Part shown: positions 8,251 through 17,861 of the stretch, one piece after another
Position numbering within the stretch: the first letter of the stretch is position 1
Layout of the letters: every line of letters starts with the position of its first letter
Source of the DNA: Candidatus Palauibacter ramosifaciens
Lineage (GTDB): Bacteria > Gemmatimonadota > Gemmatimonadetes > Palauibacterales > Palauibacteraceae
Assembly: GCA_009845855.1 (NCBI GenBank)
Contig: VXYT01000040.1
Span: 24,367-88,366, forward strand
Direction of reading: 5' to 3'
DNA length: 64,000 nt
Translations under genes and position numbers: made by a program
Notes under the pieces: generated by a model
What the model saw: only the letters and a program-made list of their open reading frames with translations
Database searches by the model: none
What the model was told of the DNA's origin: nothing

Positions 8251-9402
8251 CTAGGGAAGGTCGTCGATCCACTCGGCGATGAAGATGTTTGTGTTGCCCA
8301 GGTGGGATCCGTGCCGGTTCGATCCGAACACGAGATGACGGCCGTCCGGGCTGAACATCGGGAAGCTCTCGAACTCGTCGCTGAACGTCACCTGCTCCAG
8401 GCCCGTGCCGTCCAGGTTCACGAGGAAGAGATCGAAATTGCGGCTGCGGGGATCGCCCTCGTGCAGGTTCGAAGCGAAGATCACCTTCTCGCCGCTCGGG
8501 TGGAAGAAGGGGGCGAAGTTCGCGGCCTCGTTGTCCGTGAGACGCACCCGGTTCGAGCCGTCCACATTCATCACGTAGATGTCGAGCACGCCCGGCCGGA
8601 CGAGACCATCGGCCAGGAGCGCCTGGTAGTCCGCGAGTTCCTCTTCGCTCTCCGGGTACCTCGCCCGGTAGACGATCTTCGATCCATCCGGGGAGAAGAA
8701 GGGCCCGCCATCGTATCCGAGTTCGTTCGTTATCTGCCGGACGTCGGAGCCGTCGGGATTCATCGTGTAGATGTCCAGATCTCCGTTGCGCGTGGAGGTG
8801 AAGACGATCCGCGACCCGTCCGGGGCGAGGGTCGCCTCCGCGTCGTAGCCGGGACTCGAGAAGATCGGCTGGACGTCGGAACCGTCCGGGTTCGCCGTGT
8901 AGATGTCGAAGTCGTGGAGCGGCCACACGTACCCACGCCGCATGTCGGGCGGCGGAGGGCACTCGGGCGACACGTGATGCGTGGAACTGTACACGATCCG
9001 CGAATCGTCCGGGAAGAAGTAGGAGCACGTGGTCCGGCCGAGCCCCGTCGAAACGAGCTTGGGGTCGCCGCCCTCGACGCCGATCGTGAAGATCTGGTCG
9101 CATTCGTACTCGCCCTCGTGGCGGCGCTGGAAGATCAGCCGCTCTCCGTCCGCCGAGTAGTAGGCCTCGGCGTTCTCTCCCTCGAAGGTGAGTTGAGTCA
9201 GGCTGGCGAAGCGCCGCTCGTCCGGGAGCGGATCGCGGCTCACGGCGGCGTTCTCCGCGATATTCTCCCCGCCGTTCCCGCTGGTCGCGGCATCGGTCTC
9301 CTCTCCGGCGTTACCGGCGCAGGCCGTCGCGACGAAGGCTGTCGCGAGCGCGGCCGCGATGCAGGTCGGGGACGATACGGGTCCGAACTGTGCTGATTTC
9401 AA
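8251..9402 (-). CDS. TolB-like PD40 beta-propeller lipoprotein
   Basis: lipoprotein-type signal (…ATAFVATAC); repeated F/YSPDGSxIVF PD40 motifs. Confidence 0.75.
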   Translation of the reverse strand: MKSAQFGPVSSPTCIAAALATAFVATACAGNAGEETDAATSGNGGENIAENAAVSRDPLPDERRFASLTQLTFEGENAEAYYSADGERLIFQRRHEGEYECDQIFTIGVEGGDPKLVSTGLGRTTCSYFFPDDSRIVYSSTHHVSPECPPPPDMRRGYVWPLHDFDIYTANPDGSDVQPIFSSPGYDAEATLAPDGSRIVFTSTRNGDLDIYTMNPDGSDVRQITNELGYDGGPFFSPDGSKIVYRARYPESEEELADYQALLADGLVRPGVLDIYVMNVDGSNRVRLTDNEAANFAPFFHPSGEKVIFASNLHEGDPRSRNFDLFLVNLDGTGLEQVTFSDEFESFPMFSPDGRHLVFGSNRHGSHLGNTNIFIAEWIDDLP

Positions 9403-9611
9403 GAGAGCCTCGGTTCTGCCGATTCGATGTTCAACGGCGCGCCGGCCGCCGCAGTGTTCTGCAGGCCCGGGCGAGCCGCGGGCTCACAGGGTACGATTCA
9501 CGCGCTCGCGCGGCCAGTTCAGGAGCGTCCCGCTTTCACGGTTTCCGCGACGATACGTTCTAAGGGACGAGAACGAGCGTTGGCGAGCGGGGAAAGGCGG
9601 AGCCGGGGCGC

Positions 9612-10154
9612 ATGACCACAGGGACGGAGTCGGCGCATCGGGTGCGGAGCTGGTCGGAGCGGTACGGCCCCGAATTGCAGCGCCACGTGGCTGCGATGCT
9701 GGGTAGCGCGGATGAGGCCCGGGACATCGTGCAGGACCTGTGGGTGACGGCGCTCCGTGCCCGGCCCGAGAGGGTGGACGGCGCCAACATCCGTGCCTGG
9801 CTGTACCGCGTCGCGACGCGGCGGGCTCTCGACCACCTGTCCGCCCGCCGCCGGCGCTCGGACTTGCTCGCGGCCCACTCCGACGAACTGGAGCCGGGCC
9901 CCCTTCCCCCGGCCGACGCGGCGCTGGGTAGGCTCTCCGAAGCCGCCGCGGCGCGCGTCCGGGAGGGTGTCGCGGAACTCCCCCGGCGGCAGCGGGACGC
10001 CGTCTGGCTGCGCTGGATCGAGCAGTTGGACTACCCGACGATCGCGCGCCGGATGGATGTCTCCCCCGAGGCCGCGAGAGCCAACGTCTACCACGGGATG
10101 AAGAAGCTGCGCCGCGACCTCGCCGAGGTGTGGCGCGAGGAGGGGCCGATATGA
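9612..10154 (+). CDS. RNA polymerase ECF-type sigma-70 factor
   Basis: region 2 (DIVQDLWVTALR) and region 4 (DYPTIARRMDVSPEAARANVYHGMKKLR) signatures; 180 aa. Confidence 0.85.
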   Translation: MTTGTESAHRVRSWSERYGPELQRHVAAMLGSADEARDIVQDLWVTALRARPERVDGANIRAWLYRVATRRALDHLSARRRRSDLLAAHSDELEPGPLPPADAALGRLSEAAAARVREGVAELPRRQRDAVWLRWIEQLDYPTIARRMDVSPEAARANVYHGMKKLRRDLAEVWREEGPI

Positions 10155-10858
10155 CCCGACGTTGCACGACCTGTCGCGAAGAAGACGTACTTGCCTGGGT
10201 CCTGGGCGACCCGGATGCGGATGCCGCTCCCGAGCTCGCCGAACGCATGGCGGCGTGCCCCGCCTGCCGGGAGCGCGCGGTGGAATACGGGTTGCTGCAT
10301 CTCTCGGCGGAGAGCCTCCGAGACGGCCCGGCGATCCGCTGGCGCCGCTTCGGTTCGCCCTTCGGCGCCATGCGCATCGCCGCGGGTACGGGCGGCCTGG
10401 TCGCGCTTTCGTGGCAGGACGAGAGCGACGATGCGTTCGTCGCCGGCCTCGAGCGCCGGTACCCGTCGACGCCGGTGGTGTGCGATACCGACCGACTCGT
10501 CGCAGCGGAAGAGCAACTGACGGAGTACTTCGGTCGCCGGCGCCCGCGCTTCGATCTCCTCGTCGATCTCACGGAACTGGGCGACTTCCAGCGCGCCGTG
10601 CTGGACGCCGCCTCCGGACTCGATTTCGGCGAGACGGTGACGTACACGGAGATCGCCCGGCGCATCGGACGTCCGAAAGCGTCGCGCGCGGTGGGCAACG
10701 CGCTCGGCCGGAACCCGATACCGATCATCGTGCCGTGTCACCGGGTCGTCCGGGCCGACCGGACGCTGGGGGGATACACCGGCGGACTCCGTTACAAGCG
10801 CACGCTCCTCGACATCGAGGGCCGCACCGACCTCCTCCGCCCGCCCGCGATCAGATGA
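10151..10858 (+). CDS. zf-HC2 anti-sigma domain fused to methylated-DNA--protein-cysteine methyltransferase (MGMT/Ogt, N- and C-domains)
   Basis: ATGA overlap with the sigma gene; N-terminus C-TT-C...AERMAACPACRE matches the zf-HC2 anti-sigma pattern; C-terminus has IPCHRVV alkyl-acceptor site and helix-turn-helix YTEIARRIGRP. Confidence 0.75.
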   Translation: MTRRCTTCREEDVLAWVLGDPDADAAPELAERMAACPACRERAVEYGLLHLSAESLRDGPAIRWRRFGSPFGAMRIAAGTGGLVALSWQDESDDAFVAGLERRYPSTPVVCDTDRLVAAEEQLTEYFGRRRPRFDLLVDLTELGDFQRAVLDAASGLDFGETVTYTEIARRIGRPKASRAVGNALGRNPIPIIVPCHRVVRADRTLGGYTGGLRYKRTLLDIEGRTDLLRPPAIR

Positions 10859-10861
10859 GAA

Positions 10862-11881
10862 TCAACCTTCTTCGGCGACGGTGAACCGCATGAGACTTCC
10901 CGGGAACATCAGCCAGGCCGTGCCGTCGTCCAGGATGCGGCTGCTCCACGCCGCCTGGCGCCGCTGCGGGTCGCGCCACAGCACGGTGGCCCGGCCGTCC
11001 TCCTCGTAGGGCAGAAATACCCCGTCCACCGGATCAATCGCCGGGACGAGCCACACCCCCCGCTCGCCGGCCCGCATTTCCTTGAACCCCGGCGCGCTGA
11101 CGCCGGGGCGGCCCGCGACGCGCCGCTCCGTCTCCGCGCGCGTGCTCTCGACCAGCCATTCGGGTACCGCGATGCGGGAGATGCGAACAATCCTGGACGG
11201 ATCGTACTCCAGCTCGATTCGCCACAGGATCGTCCGCACCCCGTCGAGAAGGATCACCTCGCCCTTCCGTCCAACCGACATCACGACATGCTGCGCGCTT
11301 ATTCGGTCGACCGGTCCAAACGCCAACTCCTCGGGAAGCGGAACTTCGTTCGGGATGTTCAGGGGCCCATCCGCCAACCCGTACGCTGCAAGCAGAAAAC
11401 CCGGCTGTGCGCTGAGCCCGATGGCGCCGAGGACATGGTCGACCCCGAATCCAACGGCGGTCGCCATCGTCGCTCCCGGAAGCCGCGCCGTCTGCGGCTC
11501 TCCGCCTCCGGAAGGAAAGTGTATGAGCGCTGCCCGCCCGGGATCGCCTACCCAGAGTGAGCCATCGGGCGCGAACTGGACGCGCCACGGGGATTCGAGG
11601 ATCTCGGGATCCCCCGGCCCCGGAGGGCCGCCCAAGGTCGCGATATGCTCCCCCGACGAGCGGAACAACTGGACCCGCCCCGCCATGCGGTCCGCAACCG
11701 CGACCGTGTCCCCGAACAGATCGAACCCGCGCGCCGACTCGATAAAGATGTCGTCCGAAAGGAGGCCTGCGGGCGGCAGCTCCTGCACCAGCTCCCTCAC
11801 CGCGACCTGCGTGCTCGAATCAACATCAAGCGAGCGGTCGGCGCCGCCATCGCCGCACGCCCAAGTCGTCAACGCCGCCAT
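10862..11881 (-). CDS. secreted/lipoprotein-like beta-propeller family protein (paralog of the 29837 gene); start uncertain
   Basis: signal-like RRRLALVAMAALTTWAC; QELP motif and overall similarity to the low-GC paralog; the only nearby ATG gives a short signal peptide. Confidence 0.5.
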   Translation of the reverse strand: MAALTTWACGDGGADRSLDVDSSTQVAVRELVQELPPAGLLSDDIFIESARGFDLFGDTVAVADRMAGRVQLFRSSGEHIATLGGPPGPGDPEILESPWRVQFAPDGSLWVGDPGRAALIHFPSGGGEPQTARLPGATMATAVGFGVDHVLGAIGLSAQPGFLLAAYGLADGPLNIPNEVPLPEELAFGPVDRISAQHVVMSVGRKGEVILLDGVRTILWRIELEYDPSRIVRISRIAVPEWLVESTRAETERRVAGRPGVSAPGFKEMRAGERGVWLVPAIDPVDGVFLPYEEDGRATVLWRDPQRRQAAWSSRILDDGTAWLMFPGSLMRFTVAEEG

Positions 11882-11937
11882 CGCGACGAGCGCGAGCCGC
11901 CGGCGGACGACCGACGCGCCTGCTCCCCCGATGCCAC

Positions 11938-12441
11938 TCAACAGTGGTTCAACGAGCAGGGGTCTGGAGCGGGACCCTGAATTCTGATTGCCGAATTGCA
12001 ACCGCTGCTCGTCGAAAAATTCATCGTCGAGCCGTCGTGCATCTCGTACCAGCAGGAACAGACCTCGCAGGTTACGAAGCCCCAGGGGTCCATCGGGACG
12101 TCCGCACAAACGCCAAACGTGCGGACGCCACTAGCGGGGTTATGGGGGCCGCCCGAGATGTACGGGGGACAGCCGCCTTGGGCGGTCGCCGCTCCGTTCA
12201 CGCCTGATGCCGCCTTCGCTTCGATCGCGGGCACGTCGCCGACCTCGTGCTCGTCCTCCTCCGCGTGGACGTGTCCCATCGGTACGAATGGGGTCAGCAT
12301 CGTGAGGAGGAGGCCTGCGGCCACCCCTCGCCGCAACCGTCCTGCACCGAAGACGACCGAGCGGGCCGCCAGTACCGCGAGTACTTCTCCGATTGGTGAG
12401 GCGCCGGATGCGATGAAGGGGAAGAGCTTGAAGCTGGACAT
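11938..12441 (-). CDS. small membrane-anchored Cys/His-rich protein of unknown function
   Basis: GGGAGG RBS 5 nt upstream of the ATG; two N-terminal hydrophobic segments; HVHAEEDEHE; C-terminal domain with 8 Cys (CPPY...CADVP...CEVCSCW...CNS...CSLNHC). Confidence 0.45.
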   Translation of the reverse strand: MSSFKLFPFIASGASPIGEVLAVLAARSVVFGAGRLRRGVAAGLLLTMLTPFVPMGHVHAEEDEHEVGDVPAIEAKAASGVNGAATAQGGCPPYISGGPHNPASGVRTFGVCADVPMDPWGFVTCEVCSCWYEMHDGSTMNFSTSSGCNSAIRIQGPAPDPCSLNHC

Positions 12442-12547
12442 GCTTGCCTCCCGGGTGCGGGGTACTCGTTGCCCGGGACTCGCTTAAGGTTCCTAACGCC
12501 TAACCATACACTTGACAAGGCATTGTTCGGGGATCGGGGGCGTCGGG

Positions 12548-14305
12548 CTACGTGAACTCCTCGACGAGCTGGATCAGGCGGCGCAGGCCGAGGCCTTCGG
12601 GGCCGCCCACGCGGACGCGGAGCGCCCGGCGTTCGCGTTGGCCGAGGGCCGCGAGGTCCCCCAGCGCCTGCGCCCGGATCAGTTGGCGGAAGGTGAAGTC
12701 CGACTCGGGGACATGGACGTGCTCGCCGGCGTCGTCGACCAGCTGCAGAAATGCGCCGTTATCCGGCCCCCCCTTGTGCAGTTGTCCGGTCGAATGCAGG
12801 AAGCGGGGGCCATGGCCCAGCGTGGTCGCGGCGCCCGTGGCTCGGGCGAGGGCCGCGCGCAACGTCCCGAGCAGCCCCTCCTCCTCCTCGCCGCCCGCAA
12901 GAAACGCCTGCACGGCGACGTAGTCCGTCGGGGCCACCTCGGCCAGGAAGTCTCCCAGCCGCTCTCGGATGCCGTCCGGATCCGGCGGCACCGGCGTTCG
13001 GGGCGGGGCGTGTCCGAACTGCGGCAACTCCCAGACGAGGTCGATCTCATCCGCTTCGGAGAGCTGCGCGTCCTCCGCAGACTCGGCCTCCGCCGGCCCT
13101 CCGTCCGGCGCGCCCTCGGCCGCCATCGCCCGCCCCGCGAGGCGCTTGGCGAGCTGCACGTCCGGCTGGTTGAAGGGATGGATGCCGAGTGCGGCTGCGG
13201 CCATGGCCACGCCCACCTCCCAGACGAAGAAGAGCGCGCCGAGTTCCTCGGGCCGCTCGAGCCGGATCCGCAACGTCGGGTGGCCGGCCGCTTCGAGCGC
13301 GTCGACGAGGTCCGGCGTCTCATCGGCTTCTCCCCATTGTTCCGCTTCGCGCGCGGCGTCGCCGCCGAGGAGGAGGCCGACGAATACCCTGTCCCCGCCA
13401 TAGTCGCCCGGTGGCCGCGGGGGCTCGGCGACGACCGGGACGATGCCCCGGCCCTCCTTGCCGGTGCTCTCGGCGAGGAGCTGCTCCGCCCAGTCCGGAA
13501 ACGCGTCCCAGTCGGACGCCGCGATGAAGGTGACCTTGTCGCGCCCCGCGAGCGCGAATTCCCCCAGCGCGGCCCCGAGGAGGAAGCCCGGGTTGTCGTG
13601 GACTTCGTCCTTGCAGGTATCCGCCGCCTCAGCCGCCTCCTGGAGGAGTGTCGCGACATCGGCGCCCGCGAGCGCCGCCGGCGCCAAGCCGAACGGGCTC
13701 AGGGCCGAGAAGCGGCCCCCGACCTTGGGGGGCGCCTCGAACACGGCGCGGAATCCCCGCTCGCGGCCGAGTTCGGCGAGGAGAGAGCCGGGGTCCGTGA
13801 TCGCGATGAAGTGCGCGCCGGGGTCTTCCACGACCTCCGCGGTCCGCGACCAGAAGTGGCGGAAGAGCGAGAGCGTTTCGACGGTCGTGCCCGACTTGCT
13901 GGAGACGACGAAGATCGTGTTCGCCGGGCGCAGCCACTCGAGGTCGCGGAGCGCCCCCGGGTGCGTCGTATCGACGAGCGTGAGCGGCAGCCCCTCGCCC
14001 TGCATCGTCCGCGCGATCACTTCGGGCGCGAGGCTCGACCCCCCCATGCCGAGCAGCACGAGATCGGTGAACCAGAAGGGCACGCTCGCGCGCAGCTCCT
14101 CGAGCGGGCGGAGCGCGGCGGGAGACGTCTCCGGGAGGTCCAGCCAACCGAGCCGGTCGGCGAGTTCCGGGATGTCCGGGTCCGCGCTCCACAGCGTGGG
14201 ATCCCGCCGCCAGAGCCGCGCCACCGCGTCCTCGGCGGCCCATTCCCGGAGCCGGCGCTCGACGCCCTCCGTGTGGGGACCGGCGGAAAGATCGATCTCG
14301 ATCAT
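12548..14305 (-). CDS. pgi: glucose-6-phosphate isomerase
   Basis: 585 aa; SIS-domain motifs (LGMGGSSLAPEV, VVSSKSGTTVETL). Confidence 0.85.
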   Translation of the reverse strand: MIEIDLSAGPHTEGVERRLREWAAEDAVARLWRRDPTLWSADPDIPELADRLGWLDLPETSPAALRPLEELRASVPFWFTDLVLLGMGGSSLAPEVIARTMQGEGLPLTLVDTTHPGALRDLEWLRPANTIFVVSSKSGTTVETLSLFRHFWSRTAEVVEDPGAHFIAITDPGSLLAELGRERGFRAVFEAPPKVGGRFSALSPFGLAPAALAGADVATLLQEAAEAADTCKDEVHDNPGFLLGAALGEFALAGRDKVTFIAASDWDAFPDWAEQLLAESTGKEGRGIVPVVAEPPRPPGDYGGDRVFVGLLLGGDAAREAEQWGEADETPDLVDALEAAGHPTLRIRLERPEELGALFFVWEVGVAMAAAALGIHPFNQPDVQLAKRLAGRAMAAEGAPDGGPAEAESAEDAQLSEADEIDLVWELPQFGHAPPRTPVPPDPDGIRERLGDFLAEVAPTDYVAVQAFLAGGEEEEGLLGTLRAALARATGAATTLGHGPRFLHSTGQLHKGGPDNGAFLQLVDDAGEHVHVPESDFTFRQLIRAQALGDLAALGQRERRALRVRVGGPEGLGLRRLIQLVEEFT

Positions 14306-14326
14306 GGTCTCGGGGTCTCCGGCGGC

Positions 14327-16003
14327 TCAGAAGAGCCCGACCACGCTCCCGTCCTCGACGATCCGGATCCCCTCCGCGGCGGGCACGCGCGGGAGCCCCG
14401 GCATCGTCATGACGGTCCCCGCCCTGGCCACGACGAAGCCCGCCCCCGCCGAGGGACGCACGTCCTGAACCGTGATGCGGAAGCCGGTCGGCCGCCCCAG
14501 GCGCGCCGGGTCGTCGCTCAGACTGTTCGGCGTCTTCGCGATGCAGACGGGCGTATCCCCGAGCCCGGCCGTCTCGAGTTGGCGGATGTCCTTCGAGGCG
14601 CGCGCCGCATAGTCCACGCCGTCCGCTCCGTACACCTTCCGCGCGATCGCCTCGATCTTGTCCCGGATCGAAGCCTCCGCATCGTATTTCGGCGCGAAGG
14701 CGGCCGCCCCCTCGTCGAGCGCCGCCAGCACTGCGCGGGCCAGATCCTCGCAGCCGGCGCCACCCAGCGCGTGGCCATCGGAGCGGGCCCAGGGTGCGCC
14801 CAGATCCTCGCACGCCTCGGCCACCGCGGCGATCTCCTCGTCGGAGTCCGTCGCGAACACGTTGATCGCCACCACGGGCTCGATCCCGAAGCCGCGGATG
14901 TTCTCGACGTGCGCGCCCAGATTCGCGAGCCCGCCGCGGACCGCGTCGGGCTCCGGGGCCGAGAGCGCCGTGCGGTCGCCCCCGCCGTGCAGCTTGAGGG
15001 CGCGGATCGTGGCCACGAGCACGGTGGCTTCCGGGTTCAGCCCTCCCGTCCGGCACTTGATGTCGAAGAACTTCTCGGCGCCGAGGTCCGACCCGAAGCC
15101 CGCCTCCGTGATCACGACATCGCCGAAGGCCAGCCCGGCCCGCGTCGCCATGAGGGAATTGCAGCCGTGCGCGATGTTCGCGAAGGGTCCGCCGTGGACG
15201 AAGGCCGGCGTGCCCTCCAGCGTCTGAACGAGGTTCGGTCCGATCGCCTCCCGCAGCAGCAGGGTCATGGCGCCCGCCACGTTCAGTTCGCGCGCCCGCA
15301 CGGGCTCCCCGCCGTAGTCGTATCCCACGATGATGCTGCTCAGCCGCTCCTCCAGGTCCTCGAGGCTGGCGGCGAGGCAGAAGATCGCCATCACCTCCGA
15401 GGCGGCTGTGATCATGAACCCATCCTCGCGCGGCACTCCGTTGATCCGGCCTCCGAGCCCGACGACGATGTTCCTGAGCGCCCGGTCGTTCATGTCGACG
15501 GCGCGCCGCCAGGTGATCTGGCGCGGGTCGATCCCGAGCCGGTTCCCCTGCTGCAGGTGGTTGTCCAGTGCGGCCGAGAGGAGCGCGTGCGCCGACGTGA
15601 TCGCGTGCAGGTCCCCCGTGAAGTGGAGGTTGATGTCCGCCATCGGGATCACCTGCGAGTACCCTCCGCCGGCGGCGCCGCCCTTGACGCCGAACACCGG
15701 GCCCAGGCTCGGCTCGCGAATGCAGAGCACCGAGTTCGCTCCCACGCGGCGCAGTCCGTCGGCGAGCCCCACGGAGACGGTCGTCTTGCCCTCGCCCGCC
15801 GCCGTCGGAGTGATGCCGGTGACGAGGACGAGCCGGCCCGCTCCGGGCTCACGCGCGAAGATGGACTCCGGGCCAACTTTCGCCTTGAAGTGGCCGTAGG
15901 GCACGAGTTCATCGAGCCCCAGCCCGATCTTCTCCCCGATCTCCCCGATGGGCCGGGGCGTCGCGGCCTCGGCGATCTGTACGTCCGTGAGCATCCGTAT
16001 CAT
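14327..16003 (-). CDS. fhs: formate--tetrahydrofolate ligase
   Basis: 558 aa; PTAAGEGKTT P-loop signature of FTHFS. Confidence 0.9.
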   Translation of the reverse strand: MIRMLTDVQIAEAATPRPIGEIGEKIGLGLDELVPYGHFKAKVGPESIFAREPGAGRLVLVTGITPTAAGEGKTTVSVGLADGLRRVGANSVLCIREPSLGPVFGVKGGAAGGGYSQVIPMADINLHFTGDLHAITSAHALLSAALDNHLQQGNRLGIDPRQITWRRAVDMNDRALRNIVVGLGGRINGVPREDGFMITAASEVMAIFCLAASLEDLEERLSSIIVGYDYGGEPVRARELNVAGAMTLLLREAIGPNLVQTLEGTPAFVHGGPFANIAHGCNSLMATRAGLAFGDVVITEAGFGSDLGAEKFFDIKCRTGGLNPEATVLVATIRALKLHGGGDRTALSAPEPDAVRGGLANLGAHVENIRGFGIEPVVAINVFATDSDEEIAAVAEACEDLGAPWARSDGHALGGAGCEDLARAVLAALDEGAAAFAPKYDAEASIRDKIEAIARKVYGADGVDYAARASKDIRQLETAGLGDTPVCIAKTPNSLSDDPARLGRPTGFRITVQDVRPSAGAGFVVARAGTVMTMPGLPRVPAAEGIRIVEDGSVVGLF

Positions 16004-16138
16004 CCCGATGAGGTTCGATGAGGGCCGTCCCCCGAAAGGAATCCGGGGGTTGCATATGGCGCTTTTCCGAGCGGAGACTCTACCGCCCGCGCCGTCCGCT
16101 GAAAACCGTACCGCGTATCGTCCCCGCCCCGAAGCCCC

Positions 16139-17842
16139 TCAACCCGCGGTGGCGGCGGACCCTCCGGGCCCCTGCGGCTCCCGCCTGCGCAGGGCGAGGC
16201 CGACGGCAAGAACCGCCAGGGTTCCGACGACGTTGTACCACAGCCACGCGATCTCCGTGAAGCGCGACACGGCGAGCACGGCGAGCATGGCGGAGATCAG
16301 GCCGTAGAAGGCGCCCGCCGCGGTTGCCCGCTTCACCAGGAAGGCGAGGAGGAAGACACCGAGGAGCGCCCCGTAGAAGATCGAGCCGACTTCGTTGACT
16401 GCTTCGACGAGCGACCCCAACTGGCCTGCGTAGAGCGCGAAGAGCACGGCGAACCCGCCCCACCCCAGCGTGGCGAGCCGCGAGACGAGCAGATAGTGGG
16501 CGTCCGTCCCCTCCGGTTTCACGTACCTCCGATAGAAGTCAATCACCGTCGCGCTCGACAGGGCCGTGAGTTCGGAGTCCAGCGAGGACATCGCGGCCGC
16601 GAAGATGACGGCGATCAGCAGTCCCAGGATGCCGGCGGGGACATAGGAAATGAGATAGGACGGGAAGACGTAGTTCACATCGTTCGACGAAGACCCGCGC
16701 ACCTCGGACACGAGCGATTTCGACGCCTGCCTCAACTGCGCCAGTTCGTCATCATACCCGGCGATCCGCCGCTGCATCGCCCCGGGATCCTCGCCGGTGC
16801 GGCGCGCTTCCAGCACCGCGAGCGTGCTCTCCCGGCGCAGTTCGTGCGTGCGTTCGTGCTCGGCCTCCAGCGCGGCGAAGTCTCCGGCGCGGGGACTTTC
16901 CGCGACCATGGCGGCTTCCGCCGAATTGAAGACGAGCGGGGGACGCTCGAAGTGATAGAAGACATAGAGGAGGACGCCGATGGCGAGGATGAAGATCTGC
17001 ATCGGGACTTTGACGAAGGCGTTGAAGATGAGCGAAAGGCGGCTCTGGCGGAGCGAGCTTGCCGTCAGATAGCGCTGCACCTGGCTCTGGTCGGTCCCGA
17101 AGTAGCCCAGGGCGAGAAAGAGCCCTCCGATGAGTCCCGACCAGAGCGTGTAGCGATTCGTGGGGTCCCAGGAGAGGTCAATGCTGCGCCACATCTCGTG
17201 GATCCCGCCGATGTACGCCACATCGCCGACGCCCACCCCCTCCGGCAGCGTCGCGAACAGCACGGCGATCGCGATCCCGATGCCGGCGAACATGACAATC
17301 ATCTGCAGCACGTCCGTCCAGATGACGGCCGTGATGCCTCCCATGATCGTATAGGCCACGGTGATCAGGCCCATGACGAGAATCGTCACGCGCTCGTCCC
17401 AGCCCATGATGACGGAGAGGACGATGGCCGGGGCGTAGAGGACGATCCCTGCGGAGAGTCCGCGCGACACGAGAAAGAGAAAACTCGTCAGCGACCGGGT
17501 TCGGGGGTCGAAGCGGCGTTCGAGGTACTCGTAGGCGGTGAACACTTTCGAGCGATAGAAGAAGGGAACGAAGACCACGCAGAGAATGACCATGGCGATC
17601 GGCTGGCCCAGGTAGAACTGGACGAACTCCATGCCGTCGTCGAAGGCCTGTCCGGTCGTACCGATATACGTGATCGCGCTCGCCTGCGTCGCCATGACGG
17701 AGAGGCCGATGGCGCCCCAGCCCAGCCGGCGGTTGGCGAGAAAGAACCCCTCGACGCCGCGGTTCTTCCGGCTCTGTCGCCAGGCGAAGGCGACGACGGC
17801 GCCGAAATAGACCGCAAAGACGATCCAGTCGAGGCCGCTCAC
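16139..17842 (-). CDS. sodium:solute symporter family transporter with cytoplasmic coiled-coil insertion
   Basis: 567 aa, 13+ TM pattern typical of SSS; ~70-aa charged insertion (AESPRAGDFAALEAEHERTHELRRE...). Confidence 0.85.
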   Translation of the reverse strand: MSGLDWIVFAVYFGAVVAFAWRQSRKNRGVEGFFLANRRLGWGAIGLSVMATQASAITYIGTTGQAFDDGMEFVQFYLGQPIAMVILCVVFVPFFYRSKVFTAYEYLERRFDPRTRSLTSFLFLVSRGLSAGIVLYAPAIVLSVIMGWDERVTILVMGLITVAYTIMGGITAVIWTDVLQMIVMFAGIGIAIAVLFATLPEGVGVGDVAYIGGIHEMWRSIDLSWDPTNRYTLWSGLIGGLFLALGYFGTDQSQVQRYLTASSLRQSRLSLIFNAFVKVPMQIFILAIGVLLYVFYHFERPPLVFNSAEAAMVAESPRAGDFAALEAEHERTHELRRESTLAVLEARRTGEDPGAMQRRIAGYDDELAQLRQASKSLVSEVRGSSSNDVNYVFPSYLISYVPAGILGLLIAVIFAAAMSSLDSELTALSSATVIDFYRRYVKPEGTDAHYLLVSRLATLGWGGFAVLFALYAGQLGSLVEAVNEVGSIFYGALLGVFLLAFLVKRATAAGAFYGLISAMLAVLAVSRFTEIAWLWYNVVGTLAVLAVGLALRRREPQGPGGSAATAG

Positions 17843-17861
17843 GCGACTCCCTGGAGGCCGC

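Noticed and set aside
9403-9611. Possible autoregulated ECF promoter (TCTAA-like -10) upstream of the sigma gene
   Set aside because: No convincing GGAAC-type -35 at the right spacing, so this is too weak to call.
12512-16021. 1169-aa + strand ORF
   Set aside because: Antisense to two well-supported genes (pgi, fhs). Its product is Arg/Gly/Glu low-complexity typical of GC-rich antisense frames.
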